From Pseudonocardia sp. (GTDB lineage Bacteria > Actinomycetota > Actinomycetes > Mycobacteriales > Pseudonocardiaceae): a DNA stretch of 64,000 nt. Location: positions 2,547 to 66,546 of the forward strand of contig DATAZG010000057.1 of the NCBI GenBank assembly GCA_036272155.1, in the 5' to 3' direction. Under the pieces are notes generated by a model. It had not been told where the DNA came from. It did not search any database and worked only from the letters and a program-made list of their open reading frames with translations. The position numbers and the translations under genes are program-made. Numbering within the stretch: position 1 is the stretch's first letter; each line of letters begins with the position of its first letter. Below are positions 19,793-28,321 of this stretch, piece by piece.

Positions 19793-19962
19793 TTCTGGAC
19801 CGCCCCTGTGTTGTCTGGAGATGGCACACCGATTCCGACCAACTTCACCGCGAACGTCCGCAGGCAACCGGCGCAACGCCACGCACCGTGCGGTTCTTCC
19901 ACCGGCCGCAGGTCCTCCTCGCCGCAGTATGGGCAGTAGAACGGCACCGCTCTTTCGCTCAC
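19789..19962 (-). CDS. Small Zn-ribbon protein (57 aa), missing from the ORF track
   Basis: MSERAVPFYCPYCGEEDLRPVEEPHGAWRCAGCLRTFAVKL...VQK*; two CxxC; ATGA overlap with cysH. Confidence 0.85.
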   Translation of the reverse strand: MSERAVPFYCPYCGEEDLRPVEEPHGAWRCAGCLRTFAVKLVGIGVPSPDNTGAVQK

Positions 19963-20036
19963 TGGTCTCCCTCGCTGCGCTCGGTCGGCGATGAGGGCAC
20001 TCGCTGTGACACTGGCTCGCTCGCAAGCTCGCTCAC
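19959..20036 (-). repeat. Start-codon-associated element (family D), copy 1; encodes a 25-aa coupled mini-ORF
   Basis: GTGAGCGAGCTTGCGAGCGAGCCAGTGTCACAGC...CCGAGCGCAGCGAGG; similar to 45725-45805. Confidence 0.75.
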
Positions 20037-21742
20037 TGAAGATCAGACTCGTCGGCCCGGGCCACCCACTGCGCGAACCGCTCGCCGCTGTCCCGCTCCT
20101 TGACGTACTGGCGGACCACCCGGTCCACGTAGTCGCCGAGCCCGCTGGACGTGACCTTCAGCCCGCGCAGCTTGCGGCCGAACCCGGCGTCCAGGCCGAG
20201 CCCGCCGCCCAGGTGCACCTGGAAGCCGGGCACCTGGTTGCCGTCCGAGTCCGTCATGATCTGGCCCTTGAGGCCGATGTCGGCGGTCTGGGTGCGGGCG
20301 CAGGCGTTCGGGCAGCCGTTCAGGTGGATCGAGATCGGGCTGTCCAGCTCGGGGATGTCGGCCAGCCGGGACTCCAGCTCGGTGACCAGCGTGGCGGCCC
20401 GCCCCTTGGTCTCCACGATGGCCAGCTTGCAGAACTCGATGCCGGTGCAGGCCATGGTGTGCCGGCGCCACGGGGTGGGTGCGACGTGCAGGCCCAGCTC
20501 GGCGAGCTCGCCGGTCAGCTGCTCGACCTTGTCGTCGGCCACGTCCAGCACCAGCAGCTGCTGCTGGACCGTGGTGCGCAGCCGGTGCGAGCCGACCCGC
20601 TCGGCCGCCTCGGCCGCCTTGATCAGCTTGGTGCCGGAGACCCGGCCGGCGATCGCGGCGGCGCCGACGTAGTTCAGCCCGTCCCGCTGCTTGTGCACGC
20701 CGATGTGGTCGCGCGCGCCGAGCCAGTGCTCCGGCGCCGGGCCGTCGACCAGCGACCGCTTCAGGTACTCGGTCTCGAGAACTTCGCGGAACTTCTCGGC
20801 GCCCCAGTCGGCGATCAGGAACTTGATCCGCGCGCGGTGCCGCAGCCGGCGGTAGCCGTAGTCCCGGAACAGCCCGACCACGCCGGCCCACACGTCCGCG
20901 ACCTCGTCCAGCGGCACCCAGGCGCCCAGCCGCACGCCGAGCTTCGGGTTCGTGGACAGCCCGCCGCCGACCCACAGGTCGAAGCCGGGGCCGTGCTCCG
21001 GGTGCCGCACGCCGACGAACGCGATGTCGTTGATCTCGTGCACGACGTCGTGGCGGGGCGAGCCGGAGATCGCCGACTTGAACTTGCGCGGCAGGTTGGA
21101 GAACTCCTTGCTGCCGATGTACTTCTCGACGATCTCCCAGATCGCCGGGGTGCCGTCGATGATCTCGTCGGCCGCGATGCCGGCCACCGGGGAGCCGAGC
21201 ACCACGCGGGGGCAGTCGCCGCACGCCTCGGTGGTGTAGAGGCCGACCGCCTCCAGCTTCTCCCAGATCGCCGGCACGTCCTCGATCTGGATCCAGTGCA
21301 GCTGGACGTTCTGCCGGTCGGTGATGTCGGCGGTGTCGCGGGCGTAGTCGCGGGCGATCTCGCCGACCACCCGCAGCTGCTCGGTGGTCAGCGCCCCGGA
21401 GTCGATCCGGACCCGCATCATGAAGTAGCTGTCGTCCAGCTCCTCGGGCTCCAGCGCGCCGGTGCGGCCGCCGTCGATGCCCGGCTTGCGCTGCGTGTAC
21501 AGGCCCATCCAGCGGAACCGTCCGCGCAGGTCACCGGGGTCGATCGAGTCGAAGCCCCGCTTGGAGTAGATGTTCTCGATCCGCGCCCGGACGTTCAGCG
21601 GGTCGTCGTCGCGCTTGGCCCGCTCGTTCGGGTTCAGCGGCTCCCGGTAGCCGAGCGCCCATTGGCCCTCACCCCGACGGCGTTTCGGTGGTGCGGCGCG
21701 ACGGGCGCGCTCCGGGGTACCGGCCGACTGTGTCGGGACCAT
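20033..21742 (-). CDS. sirA: Ferredoxin-dependent sulfite reductase (SirA type)
   Basis: GLYTQRK, TDRQNVQLHW, LPRKFK, CTGIEFC...NGCPNAC siroheme/[4Fe-4S] motif. Confidence 0.95.
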   Translation of the reverse strand: MVPTQSAGTPERARRAAPPKRRRGEGQWALGYREPLNPNERAKRDDDPLNVRARIENIYSKRGFDSIDPGDLRGRFRWMGLYTQRKPGIDGGRTGALEPEELDDSYFMMRVRIDSGALTTEQLRVVGEIARDYARDTADITDRQNVQLHWIQIEDVPAIWEKLEAVGLYTTEACGDCPRVVLGSPVAGIAADEIIDGTPAIWEIVEKYIGSKEFSNLPRKFKSAISGSPRHDVVHEINDIAFVGVRHPEHGPGFDLWVGGGLSTNPKLGVRLGAWVPLDEVADVWAGVVGLFRDYGYRRLRHRARIKFLIADWGAEKFREVLETEYLKRSLVDGPAPEHWLGARDHIGVHKQRDGLNYVGAAAIAGRVSGTKLIKAAEAAERVGSHRLRTTVQQQLLVLDVADDKVEQLTGELAELGLHVAPTPWRRHTMACTGIEFCKLAIVETKGRAATLVTELESRLADIPELDSPISIHLNGCPNACARTQTADIGLKGQIMTDSDGNQVPGFQVHLGGGLGLDAGFGRKLRGLKVTSSGLGDYVDRVVRQYVKERDSGERFAQWVARADESDLQ

Positions 21743-21859
21743 GCCTTCTCAGACCTCCAGGTCGGGTGGCGCGAACACACGGGGGCCTGGAGCCAGAAGG
21801 CAACATCGCCCAGCCGAGTGCCCGGCCGGGTGTCACACGTGGTGGGATTGCGGCGCGGG

Positions 21860-21949
21860 TCAGTCGGTAGGACGGCACATCGCGCTGGATACGCGCTGGA
21901 AATCGACATGGCGGCGGACCACCAGTCGCATACTCAGCGCGCACGTCAC
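21860..21949 (-). CDS. Cys-containing leader peptide (29 aa), putative attenuator of the sir-cys operon
   Basis: MTCALSMRLVVRRHVDFQRVSSAMCRPTD* (alternative start ATG 21931); CAGGCT 7 nt before GTG. Confidence 0.72.
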   Translation of the reverse strand: MTCALSMRLVVRRHVDFQRVSSAMCRPTD

Positions 21950-22073
21950 AGGTAATAGCCTGCCACCGATTCGCCCGCCTGACCAGTGCGGCTCAGGCGG
22001 GTGGGAGAGCCGTCACAATGGAATTGATCAGTCAAATCGACCGACAATTCGGCGGATACTTGATGGGTATTGT

Positions 22074-23303
22074 ATGGATTTGGTTACTGTGACCACGCCG
22101 CCCGAGTCATTCGGGTTACCGGCCGGGGCACTCGACGGGCTCGGCACTCGGCCGTTCGGCGTCTACGTGCACGTGCCGTTCTGCGCGGTCCGCTGCGGTT
22201 ACTGCGACTTCAACACGTACACGCCGTCCGAGCTGGCCGGGTCCGGTGCCTCGCCGGCCGGCTGGCTGGACGCGCTGCGCGCCGAGCTGGACCTCGCGGC
22301 GTCGGTGCTGGGCGCCGGGGGCGCTTCGGTGCCGCCGGCGGAGACGGTGTTCGTGGGCGGCGGCACCCCGTCGCTGCTGGGCGCGGACGGGTTGGCCGAC
22401 GTGCTGGCCGCGGTCCGAAGCTCGTTCGGGCTGGCCGCCGGCGCCGAGGTGACCACCGAGTCCAACCCCGAGTCCACCTCGCCGGAGTTCTTCGCCGGCA
22501 TCGCCGAGGCCGGCTACACGCGGGTGTCGCTCGGCATGCAGTCCGCCGCGCCCGGGGTGCTCGCGGTGCTGGACCGCCGGCACACCCCGGGGCGCCCGGT
22601 CGCCGCCGCCCGGGAGGCGCGCGCCGGCGGGATCGGGCAGGTCAGCATGGACCTGATCTACGGCACCCCGGGCGAGTCCGACGACGACCTGCGCCGCTCG
22701 CTGGACGCGGTGCTCGGCGCCGGCGTCGACCACGTGTCGGCGTACGCGCTGATCGTCGAGGACGGTACCGCGCTGGCCCGCCGGATCCGCCGAGGTGAGC
22801 TGGCCGCCCCGGACGACGACGTCTCCGCCGACCGGTACGAGCTGGTCGACGACGTGCTCTCCGCCGCCGGCCTGCGCTGGTACGAGGTGTCCAACTGGGC
22901 CAGCTCGGACGACACCCGGTGCCGGCACAACCTCGGCTACTGGCGCGACGGCGACTGGTGGGGCGCCGGCCCGGGGGCACACAGCCACGTCGGCGGGGTG
23001 CGCTGGTGGAACGTCAAACACCCGGCCCGGTACGCGACGCTGCTGGGCGCCGGGGGGTCGCCGGCCGCCGGGCGGGAGGAGCTGACGGCCGACGAGCGCC
23101 ACGAGGAGCGCGTGATGCTCCAGGTACGGCTGGCCGAGGGTCTGCCGGTCCGCGAGCTCGACGACGCCGGCCGGGCCGCCGCGGCGCGCGCCGCCGCCGA
23201 CGGCCTGCTCGCCCCCGCCGACCTCGCCGCCGGCCGCGCCGTCCTCACCCGCCGAGGCCGCCTCCTGGCCGACGCGGTGATCCGCGCCCTGCTCACCACC
23301 TGA
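22074..23303 (+). CDS. hemW: Radical SAM heme chaperone HemW (HemN-like); start uncertain
   Basis: YVHVPFCAVRCGYCDFNTY, GGGTPS, YEVSNW; upstream of hrcA. Confidence 0.92.
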   Translation: MDLVTVTTPPESFGLPAGALDGLGTRPFGVYVHVPFCAVRCGYCDFNTYTPSELAGSGASPAGWLDALRAELDLAASVLGAGGASVPPAETVFVGGGTPSLLGADGLADVLAAVRSSFGLAAGAEVTTESNPESTSPEFFAGIAEAGYTRVSLGMQSAAPGVLAVLDRRHTPGRPVAAAREARAGGIGQVSMDLIYGTPGESDDDLRRSLDAVLGAGVDHVSAYALIVEDGTALARRIRRGELAAPDDDVSADRYELVDDVLSAAGLRWYEVSNWASSDDTRCRHNLGYWRDGDWWGAGPGAHSHVGGVRWWNVKHPARYATLLGAGGSPAAGREELTADERHEERVMLQVRLAEGLPVRELDDAGRAAAARAAADGLLAPADLAAGRAVLTRRGRLLADAVIRALLTT

Positions 23304-23358
23304 AGCCCGCCACCCGCCGCGGGGAACGTGGCGCCCGCCGCGGTGAGGCCGACCCGCC

Positions 23359-23428
23359 GTCCGACTTGTCGTGGCTATTGGGCACGACAAGTCGGACCTG
23401 TCGGGCCTATTTCCGGTGACAAGTCGGG
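23359..23428. repeat. REP-like family B, copy 2
   Basis: GTCCGACTTGTCGTG...CACGACAAGTCGGAC plus a second degenerate hairpin. Confidence 0.75.
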
Positions 23429-23511
23429 ACAGAGCGGACGGGGTGCGGCGCGGGACGGCACGGGCGGGGGTTAGATCACGGGGTGGGCCACCGACGTGGG
23501 GAGAGTGCTGG

Positions 23512-24444
23512 ATGACGATCGCTCCATCCGGGCAGCAGTTCGGCATAACCGACGGCGTGCACCGGGCCACCGTGGTCGAGGTGGGCGGCGGTATCCGGGA
23601 GTACGAGCACGACGGTCGCCCGGTGCTCGACGGCTACGGGCCGGACGAGATGTGCAGCGGCGCGCGCGGTGCCCCGCTGATGCCGTGGCCGAACCGGCTG
23701 GAGGACGGGCAGTACACGTTCGCCGGGCGTACCTACCAGCTGCCGCTGTCGGAGCCGGCCACGCACAACGCCATCCACGGGCTGCTGCGCTGGCGCAACT
23801 ACACCGAGCGCGAGCGGGACGCGGCCCGCGTCGTGGTGGGTACTGTGCTGCACCCGCACTCGGGTTACCCGTTCGCGCTGGACGTGGCGATCGAGTACGC
23901 GGTCAGCGACGGCACCACGCCCGGCCGCCGCCCGGGGCTGACCGTGACGACGACCGCCACCAACCTCGGCGACACCGCGCTCCCGTTCGCCAGCGGCCAG
24001 CACCCGTACCTCGCCGCCGGCGCGCCGCTGATCGACGAGGCGACCCTGCGGCTGGACGCCGAGCGCTGGATCCCGACCGACGAGCGCGGCCTGCCGACCG
24101 GGGCCGAGCCGGTACCCGGTTCGCCGCTGGACTTCCGCACGCCGCGCCCGGTCGGCGACACCCGGATCGACCACGCGTTCACCGGGCTGGCCCGCGACGT
24201 CGACGGGTTGGCCTGGGTGGAGCTGACCGCCCCGGACGGCCGCGCCACCCGGCTCTGGGCCGACCACAGCTACTCGTACCTGCAGCTCTACACCGGCGAC
24301 ACGCAGGCGCCGAGCCGCCGCCGGCGCAGCGTCGCGGTCGAGCCGATGACCGGGCCGCCCAACGCGCTCAGGTCGGGCGAGGGGCTCGTCGTGATCGAAC
24401 CGGGCACCTCGTTCATGATGAGCTGGGGGATCGAGCCCGGCTGA
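23512..24444 (+). CDS. Aldose 1-epimerase family protein
   Basis: LMPWPNRLEDG, NAIHGL, GQHPYL, QLYTGD, AVEPMT. Confidence 0.92.
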   Translation: MTIAPSGQQFGITDGVHRATVVEVGGGIREYEHDGRPVLDGYGPDEMCSGARGAPLMPWPNRLEDGQYTFAGRTYQLPLSEPATHNAIHGLLRWRNYTERERDAARVVVGTVLHPHSGYPFALDVAIEYAVSDGTTPGRRPGLTVTTTATNLGDTALPFASGQHPYLAAGAPLIDEATLRLDAERWIPTDERGLPTGAEPVPGSPLDFRTPRPVGDTRIDHAFTGLARDVDGLAWVELTAPDGRATRLWADHSYSYLQLYTGDTQAPSRRRRSVAVEPMTGPPNALRSGEGLVVIEPGTSFMMSWGIEPG

Positions 24445-24528
24445 ACCTCGCGACAAATGGGGCGGGTCGGTGCCTCTCGGCTGGGTAGCGTGCCGGTGGA
24501 GCGGACAGCAGGCATCGAGGGGGACGGC

Positions 24529-25365
24529 ATGCCCGAGGTCACCGAACTGGATCTGGCACTGAGCTCGGGCACGGTGCGCGCCGCGCGGGTCGGCCCGGCG
24601 GACGCGCCGCTGGTGCTGTGCGTGCACGGGCTGTCGGCCAACCGGCACGCCTTCGACTACATCGTCGAGCGCATCGCCCGCGACGACCGCCAGGTGGTCG
24701 CGATCGACCTGCGTGGCCGGGGCCGCAGCGAGGTCACACCGGCGGGCAGCTACGGGCTGCCCGCGCACGCCCGCGACGCGCTGGAGGTGGCCACGTTGCT
24801 GGGCGCCGAGCGGTTCGACTACGTGGGCTGGTCGCTCGGCGCGCTGATCGGCCTGACCGCGGCCGGGCTGGCGGCCGACCGGCTGCGCAGCCTCACCATG
24901 ATCGACCACTGCGGCACGGTGGACGTCGCCGCGTACGCCGCGGTCCGCGCCGGGCTGAACCGGCTGGACGCGGTGGTCGACGACCCGGCGGACTACGTCG
25001 CGGCGGTCCGGGCCGGCGGTGTCGTCACGCCCTGGAACGAGTACTGGGAGCGGGTGTACCGGTACGAGCTGGGGCCGCTCGGTGAGCGGTTCGCCCCGGT
25101 CACGAACAAGGCGGCCTGCGCGGAGGACCTCGACCACGCGTCGGGGGGTGACGTCGTCTCGAACTGGGCGAAGGTCACCATGCCGGCGCTGTTGCTGCGC
25201 GCCACGGTGGTGTTCGGCGGCGGGCTCGTGGTGTCCGAGGGCGACGCGGTGGCTTTCCGTGGGGCGGCCCCGGGGCTGCGCGTGGTCGAGGTCGAGCGCA
25301 ACCACTTCGGCGTGATGACCGACGACGGCGTCGTGGCCGCGATCGCCGACCTGCTCGGCGGCTGA
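24529..25365 (+). CDS. Alpha/beta hydrolase
   Basis: CVHGLS, DLRGRGRS, GWSLG nucleophile elbow, C-terminal NH. Confidence 0.9.
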   Translation: MPEVTELDLALSSGTVRAARVGPADAPLVLCVHGLSANRHAFDYIVERIARDDRQVVAIDLRGRGRSEVTPAGSYGLPAHARDALEVATLLGAERFDYVGWSLGALIGLTAAGLAADRLRSLTMIDHCGTVDVAAYAAVRAGLNRLDAVVDDPADYVAAVRAGGVVTPWNEYWERVYRYELGPLGERFAPVTNKAACAEDLDHASGGDVVSNWAKVTMPALLLRATVVFGGGLVVSEGDAVAFRGAAPGLRVVEVERNHFGVMTDDGVVAAIADLLGG

Positions 25366-25388
25366 CCGCCCTGCCCCGCCGGAGGCGA

Positions 25389-25449
25389 CGGGCGCTGGAA
25401 GCGGGCACTGGAAGCGGGCGCTGGAAGCGGGCACTGAGAACGGGCGCTG
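25389..25449. repeat. 13-bp tandem repeat CGGGCRCTGGAAG, about 4.5 copies
   Basis: Read directly, between convergent genes. Confidence 0.85.
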
Positions 25450-25462
25450 AGTCGGGTGGGGC

Positions 25463-27028
25463 TCAGTCGGCGCAGTCGAGGTCGGGCTGGACCGACGCCT
25501 GGCGCAGCGACGGCTGCAGCACCTGCAGGGTGACCAGCGGGTCCAGCGTGCGGGCGGTCTCGGCGGTCCACTGCCTGGTGATCTCGACCTGGGTGTGCCC
25601 GCTCGGCACCTGCTGGCTGATCGCCGGGCCGGAGGCGGTGTCCCCGGTCCAGCCGTAGGTCACGGTGCCGGCCTCGCCGTTCGTGGTGATCACGCCGAGC
25701 AGCGTGCAGCCGGCGCCGTTGCGCTGGGCCCACAGCACCACCGACTGGATCTTCAGCGCGCTCGCCTCGGCGTTGCGGGTGACCACCAGCACCAGGTCGG
25801 CGGCCGCCGCGACCAGCGTCACCACCACCAGCGTGGCCAGCAGCACCAGCTGCCAGCGCGGTACCTCACCGCGCTGGCCGGCGCGCTTGCCGGTGCGCTT
25901 GGTCCGGCGTTCGGCCTGGTCCGGGCCGGTCCCGTCGAGGTGCGGGCCGTGGCCGGGGGAGGGCCACCGGTCGGGGGTGGAGATGCTCTGCCGGCCGGTC
26001 AGCCACTCCTCGTCCGGCGGCTCCGGGAACGCCGACTCGTCGAACCGGGCCGAGGCAGCCGGTGGCGGGCCGGACGGGGCGGCCGGTGGCGGCGGGGCCG
26101 GCGAGGAGGGCGGCGGGGTCGCGGGGGCCGCCGGTTCGGCGGGTACGCCGGGCTCGGCCGTTCGGGGCTCGGGAGGTTCGACAGCCACACCCGCGGCCGC
26201 CACCGGCTCGACGGGAGCGGCCGCGGCCGCCGGTGGCTCGTCCGACGCCGGGTCCGGGGGGCGGGTGGCGCGCCGGGACTGGGGGCGCCGGGGTGGCCGG
26301 ATCTCGCCCCGGCCGACGGCGTCCAGCTCGTCCTTGGCGGTGCGGGCCAGGGTGGCGCGCTCGGCGGTGTGGGCCAGCGCGCGGAGCTGGTCGAAGCCGC
26401 CGGCCAGCCCGGTGGGGCCGGCCGCCGCGTTGGCCGCCCTGGCGAGCGCGGCGGCGGACACCACGTCGTCGGCGCACCAGTGCTCGGCGAGCAGCTCGGC
26501 GAGCCGGGTCCAGGCGGTCACATCGGCGGCGGCGCTGGCGGCGGTGTTGGTGCCCCAGTCGATGAGCAGCGCGGCGCCGTCCTGGCCGACCAGCACGGAG
26601 CGGGCGTCCAGCGCGCCGTGCGCCAGGCCGGCCCGGTGCGTGGTGAGCAGGGTGGCGGCGACGTCGGACAGCAGCGCGGCGGCGTTGGCCGGCGCCCGGT
26701 GCGGCCCGCCGTCGAGCACGTCGGCCAGCGTCGGAACCGGTGGCGCGCCCGCGACCAGCCAGCTCCGCCCGGCCTGCTCGATCAGCGCCGGCCTCGGCGT
26801 GAGCACCCCGGGCAGGTTGAGCTCGGCCAGCTGTCCGATCGTGGGGACCAGCACCCGCGGGTCGACGCCGGGGTGCACGAGCAGCAGGCCGGCGGGCTCG
26901 TCATCGGGGCCGACGGCGGGGAACCAGGTACCGGCCGAGGTCGTGCGCAACCGCGCGCCCCGGCGGAACTCTCCGACCCTGGGCGCCTCTCGGGTGAGCC
27001 GTCGGCTGGCACTGCTCGGGGTGGTCAT
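25463..27028 (-). CDS. Membrane-anchored kinase-like protein (probable pseudokinase)
   Basis: HRAGLAHGALDARSVLV...LIDWG; Pro-rich linker; one TM helix; extracellular beta-rich domain with 2 Cys. Confidence 0.65.
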   Translation of the reverse strand: MTTPSSASRRLTREAPRVGEFRRGARLRTTSAGTWFPAVGPDDEPAGLLLVHPGVDPRVLVPTIGQLAELNLPGVLTPRPALIEQAGRSWLVAGAPPVPTLADVLDGGPHRAPANAAALLSDVAATLLTTHRAGLAHGALDARSVLVGQDGAALLIDWGTNTAASAAADVTAWTRLAELLAEHWCADDVVSAAALARAANAAAGPTGLAGGFDQLRALAHTAERATLARTAKDELDAVGRGEIRPPRRPQSRRATRPPDPASDEPPAAAAAPVEPVAAAGVAVEPPEPRTAEPGVPAEPAAPATPPPSSPAPPPPAAPSGPPPAASARFDESAFPEPPDEEWLTGRQSISTPDRWPSPGHGPHLDGTGPDQAERRTKRTGKRAGQRGEVPRWQLVLLATLVVVTLVAAAADLVLVVTRNAEASALKIQSVVLWAQRNGAGCTLLGVITTNGEAGTVTYGWTGDTASGPAISQQVPSGHTQVEITRQWTAETARTLDPLVTLQVLQPSLRQASVQPDLDCAD

Positions 27029-27116
27029 CGCGCGGATGACGATACGGGTAGACGAAGAGCGCATCCAGCGCTACCGAGGGTGACATTCCGGCCTCCCGGG
27101 CCGGACCGGACCACAA

Positions 27117-28031
27117 CTACGCGGGCACCGGGGTGCGCAGGTCCAGCACGTCGAACCGGTGCGGGTGCGCCTCGCCGGAGCACAGCGAGTGGCCCTGCAC
27201 GCCCATCGGCCGGCGCCGCACGACCACCTGGTAGGCGGTGCCGGCCGCGTGCACCTCGACCGTGGCCTCGTCGCCGTCGATGTCCACCGTGCCGGAGAGC
27301 ACCTCGTCCAGCCCGAGCAACCCGGTCTGCTCCCGCACCGCGATCTCGGCGACCTGGGCGAACGGCGCGGTGCCGACCCGGCCGCGCAGGTTGTTCAGGG
27401 TGACCTCGCCGCGCTCGTGGCCGGCCGCGACCGGGACCGCCGAGTCGGGCACCAGCTGGCCGTACATGAAGCCGTGCGGGGCCACCAGCAGGTTGCCGGC
27501 CCACCGGTCGCCGCCGAAATGAGTGCACTGCCAGGTGCGCTGGGGGAACTGGGCAGCCAGCGCGTCGGCCACCGGGCGGCCCAGCATCGCGCAGCAGGCG
27601 TCCTTGCGGCCGTGTACGCAGACCAGCAGCAGCGGGCCGTCGACCGGCTCGCCGAAGCCGCCGGTGCCCTCGGCGATCGCCGGCAGGTCCAGCGCCGCCA
27701 GGTCGGAGTAGCGGGTCACGTCGAGCCGCTCCAACCAGCGCCGACCGGGGCGGCAGCCACCGGCGAACACCGTGGGCCGCTCGGGTGCCGCGTTGCGCCC
27801 CGGCTTGCGGATGATCAGCGCGCGCAGCCCGAGCCGGACGTGGAGCTCGTCCATCCGCTCCGGCGCGCCCTCCCCGAAGGCCTCGGTGAGCACACGTTCG
27901 CGCACGTCCACGGACCACGGGCCAGCGTGCTCGATGAGCAGCACGGACTTGATCCGTGACGCCGTGCCGGTCGGCCGCTCGCCCAGTTGGCGAGCGAGCG
28001 CCGCGCAGTGGGGCAGCTTGATCGCGCTCAC
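27117..28031 (-). CDS. Sucrase/ferredoxin-like (Apd1/Aim32-type thioredoxin-like 2Fe-2S) protein
   Basis: LLIEHAGPW, CVHGRKDACC, CTHFGGDRWAGN, LRGR, C-terminal SLCS. Confidence 0.85.
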   Translation of the reverse strand: MSAIKLPHCAALARQLGERPTGTASRIKSVLLIEHAGPWSVDVRERVLTEAFGEGAPERMDELHVRLGLRALIIRKPGRNAAPERPTVFAGGCRPGRRWLERLDVTRYSDLAALDLPAIAEGTGGFGEPVDGPLLLVCVHGRKDACCAMLGRPVADALAAQFPQRTWQCTHFGGDRWAGNLLVAPHGFMYGQLVPDSAVPVAAGHERGEVTLNNLRGRVGTAPFAQVAEIAVREQTGLLGLDEVLSGTVDIDGDEATVEVHAAGTAYQVVVRRRPMGVQGHSLCSGEAHPHRFDVLDLRTPVPA

Positions 28032-28050
28032 AGAATTAAGGCTAACCTAA
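28032..28050 (-). promoter_or_regulatory. IdeR/DmdR1 (DtxR-family) iron box
   Basis: Minus strand TTAGGTTAGCCTTAATTCT matches TWAGGTWAGSCTWACCTWA at 15/19 (first 14 exact) and directly abuts the GTG start. Confidence 0.72.
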
Positions 28051-28191
28051 CTCGGACGATGAAGGCTGATCGGGGTGATGGATTTTCTTGACGGCCGCCT
28101 CGGTCACCCGCGTAGGTTACTTACGGCCCTCTTCTCGGGCTTCAGGTGATCAACCGAACGGGTATGTCGGGTTCAAAAAGTGGAGGTAACC

Positions 28192-28302
28192 ATGGCTGAA
28201 CAGGACGTTCTCTTGCTCGGTGTCGAAGAGGACACCGTCGTCGCGCGCCGCGAGACCAACGGCGACAACGACGGCGGGGACCGTCACTCGGACTTCGTCT
28301 GA
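28192..28302 (+). CDS. 36-aa peptide, putative RiPP precursor (missing from the ORF track)
   Basis: GGAGGT RBS then ATG; MAEQDVLLLGVEEDTVVARRETNGDNDGGDRHSDFV*; GC-rich third positions; followed by a hairpin and the JmjC gene. Confidence 0.8.
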   Translation: MAEQDVLLLGVEEDTVVARRETNGDNDGGDRHSDFV

Positions 28303-28321
28303 GTGACCGACTGACCGGATT

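Noticed and set aside
22074-23303. Radical SAM enzyme as a maturase of the 36-aa peptide
   Set aside because: It is housekeeping HemW in its usual position upstream of hrcA, with no SPASM or RRE domain.
24529-25365. Alpha/beta hydrolase as the RiPP leader peptidase
   Set aside because: Separated by another gene and in a different transcription unit; nothing in the sequence supports the link, though synteny could revive it.
25389-25449. Short tandem repeats (also 43044-43086 and 52643-52690) as a possible CRISPR array
   Set aside because: Units of 13-15 bp are contiguous with no unique spacers, and there are no cas genes.
28088-28118. TTGACG...TAGGTT as the promoter of the peptide gene
   Set aside because: Plausible, but the spacer is 19 bp; not called without TSS data.
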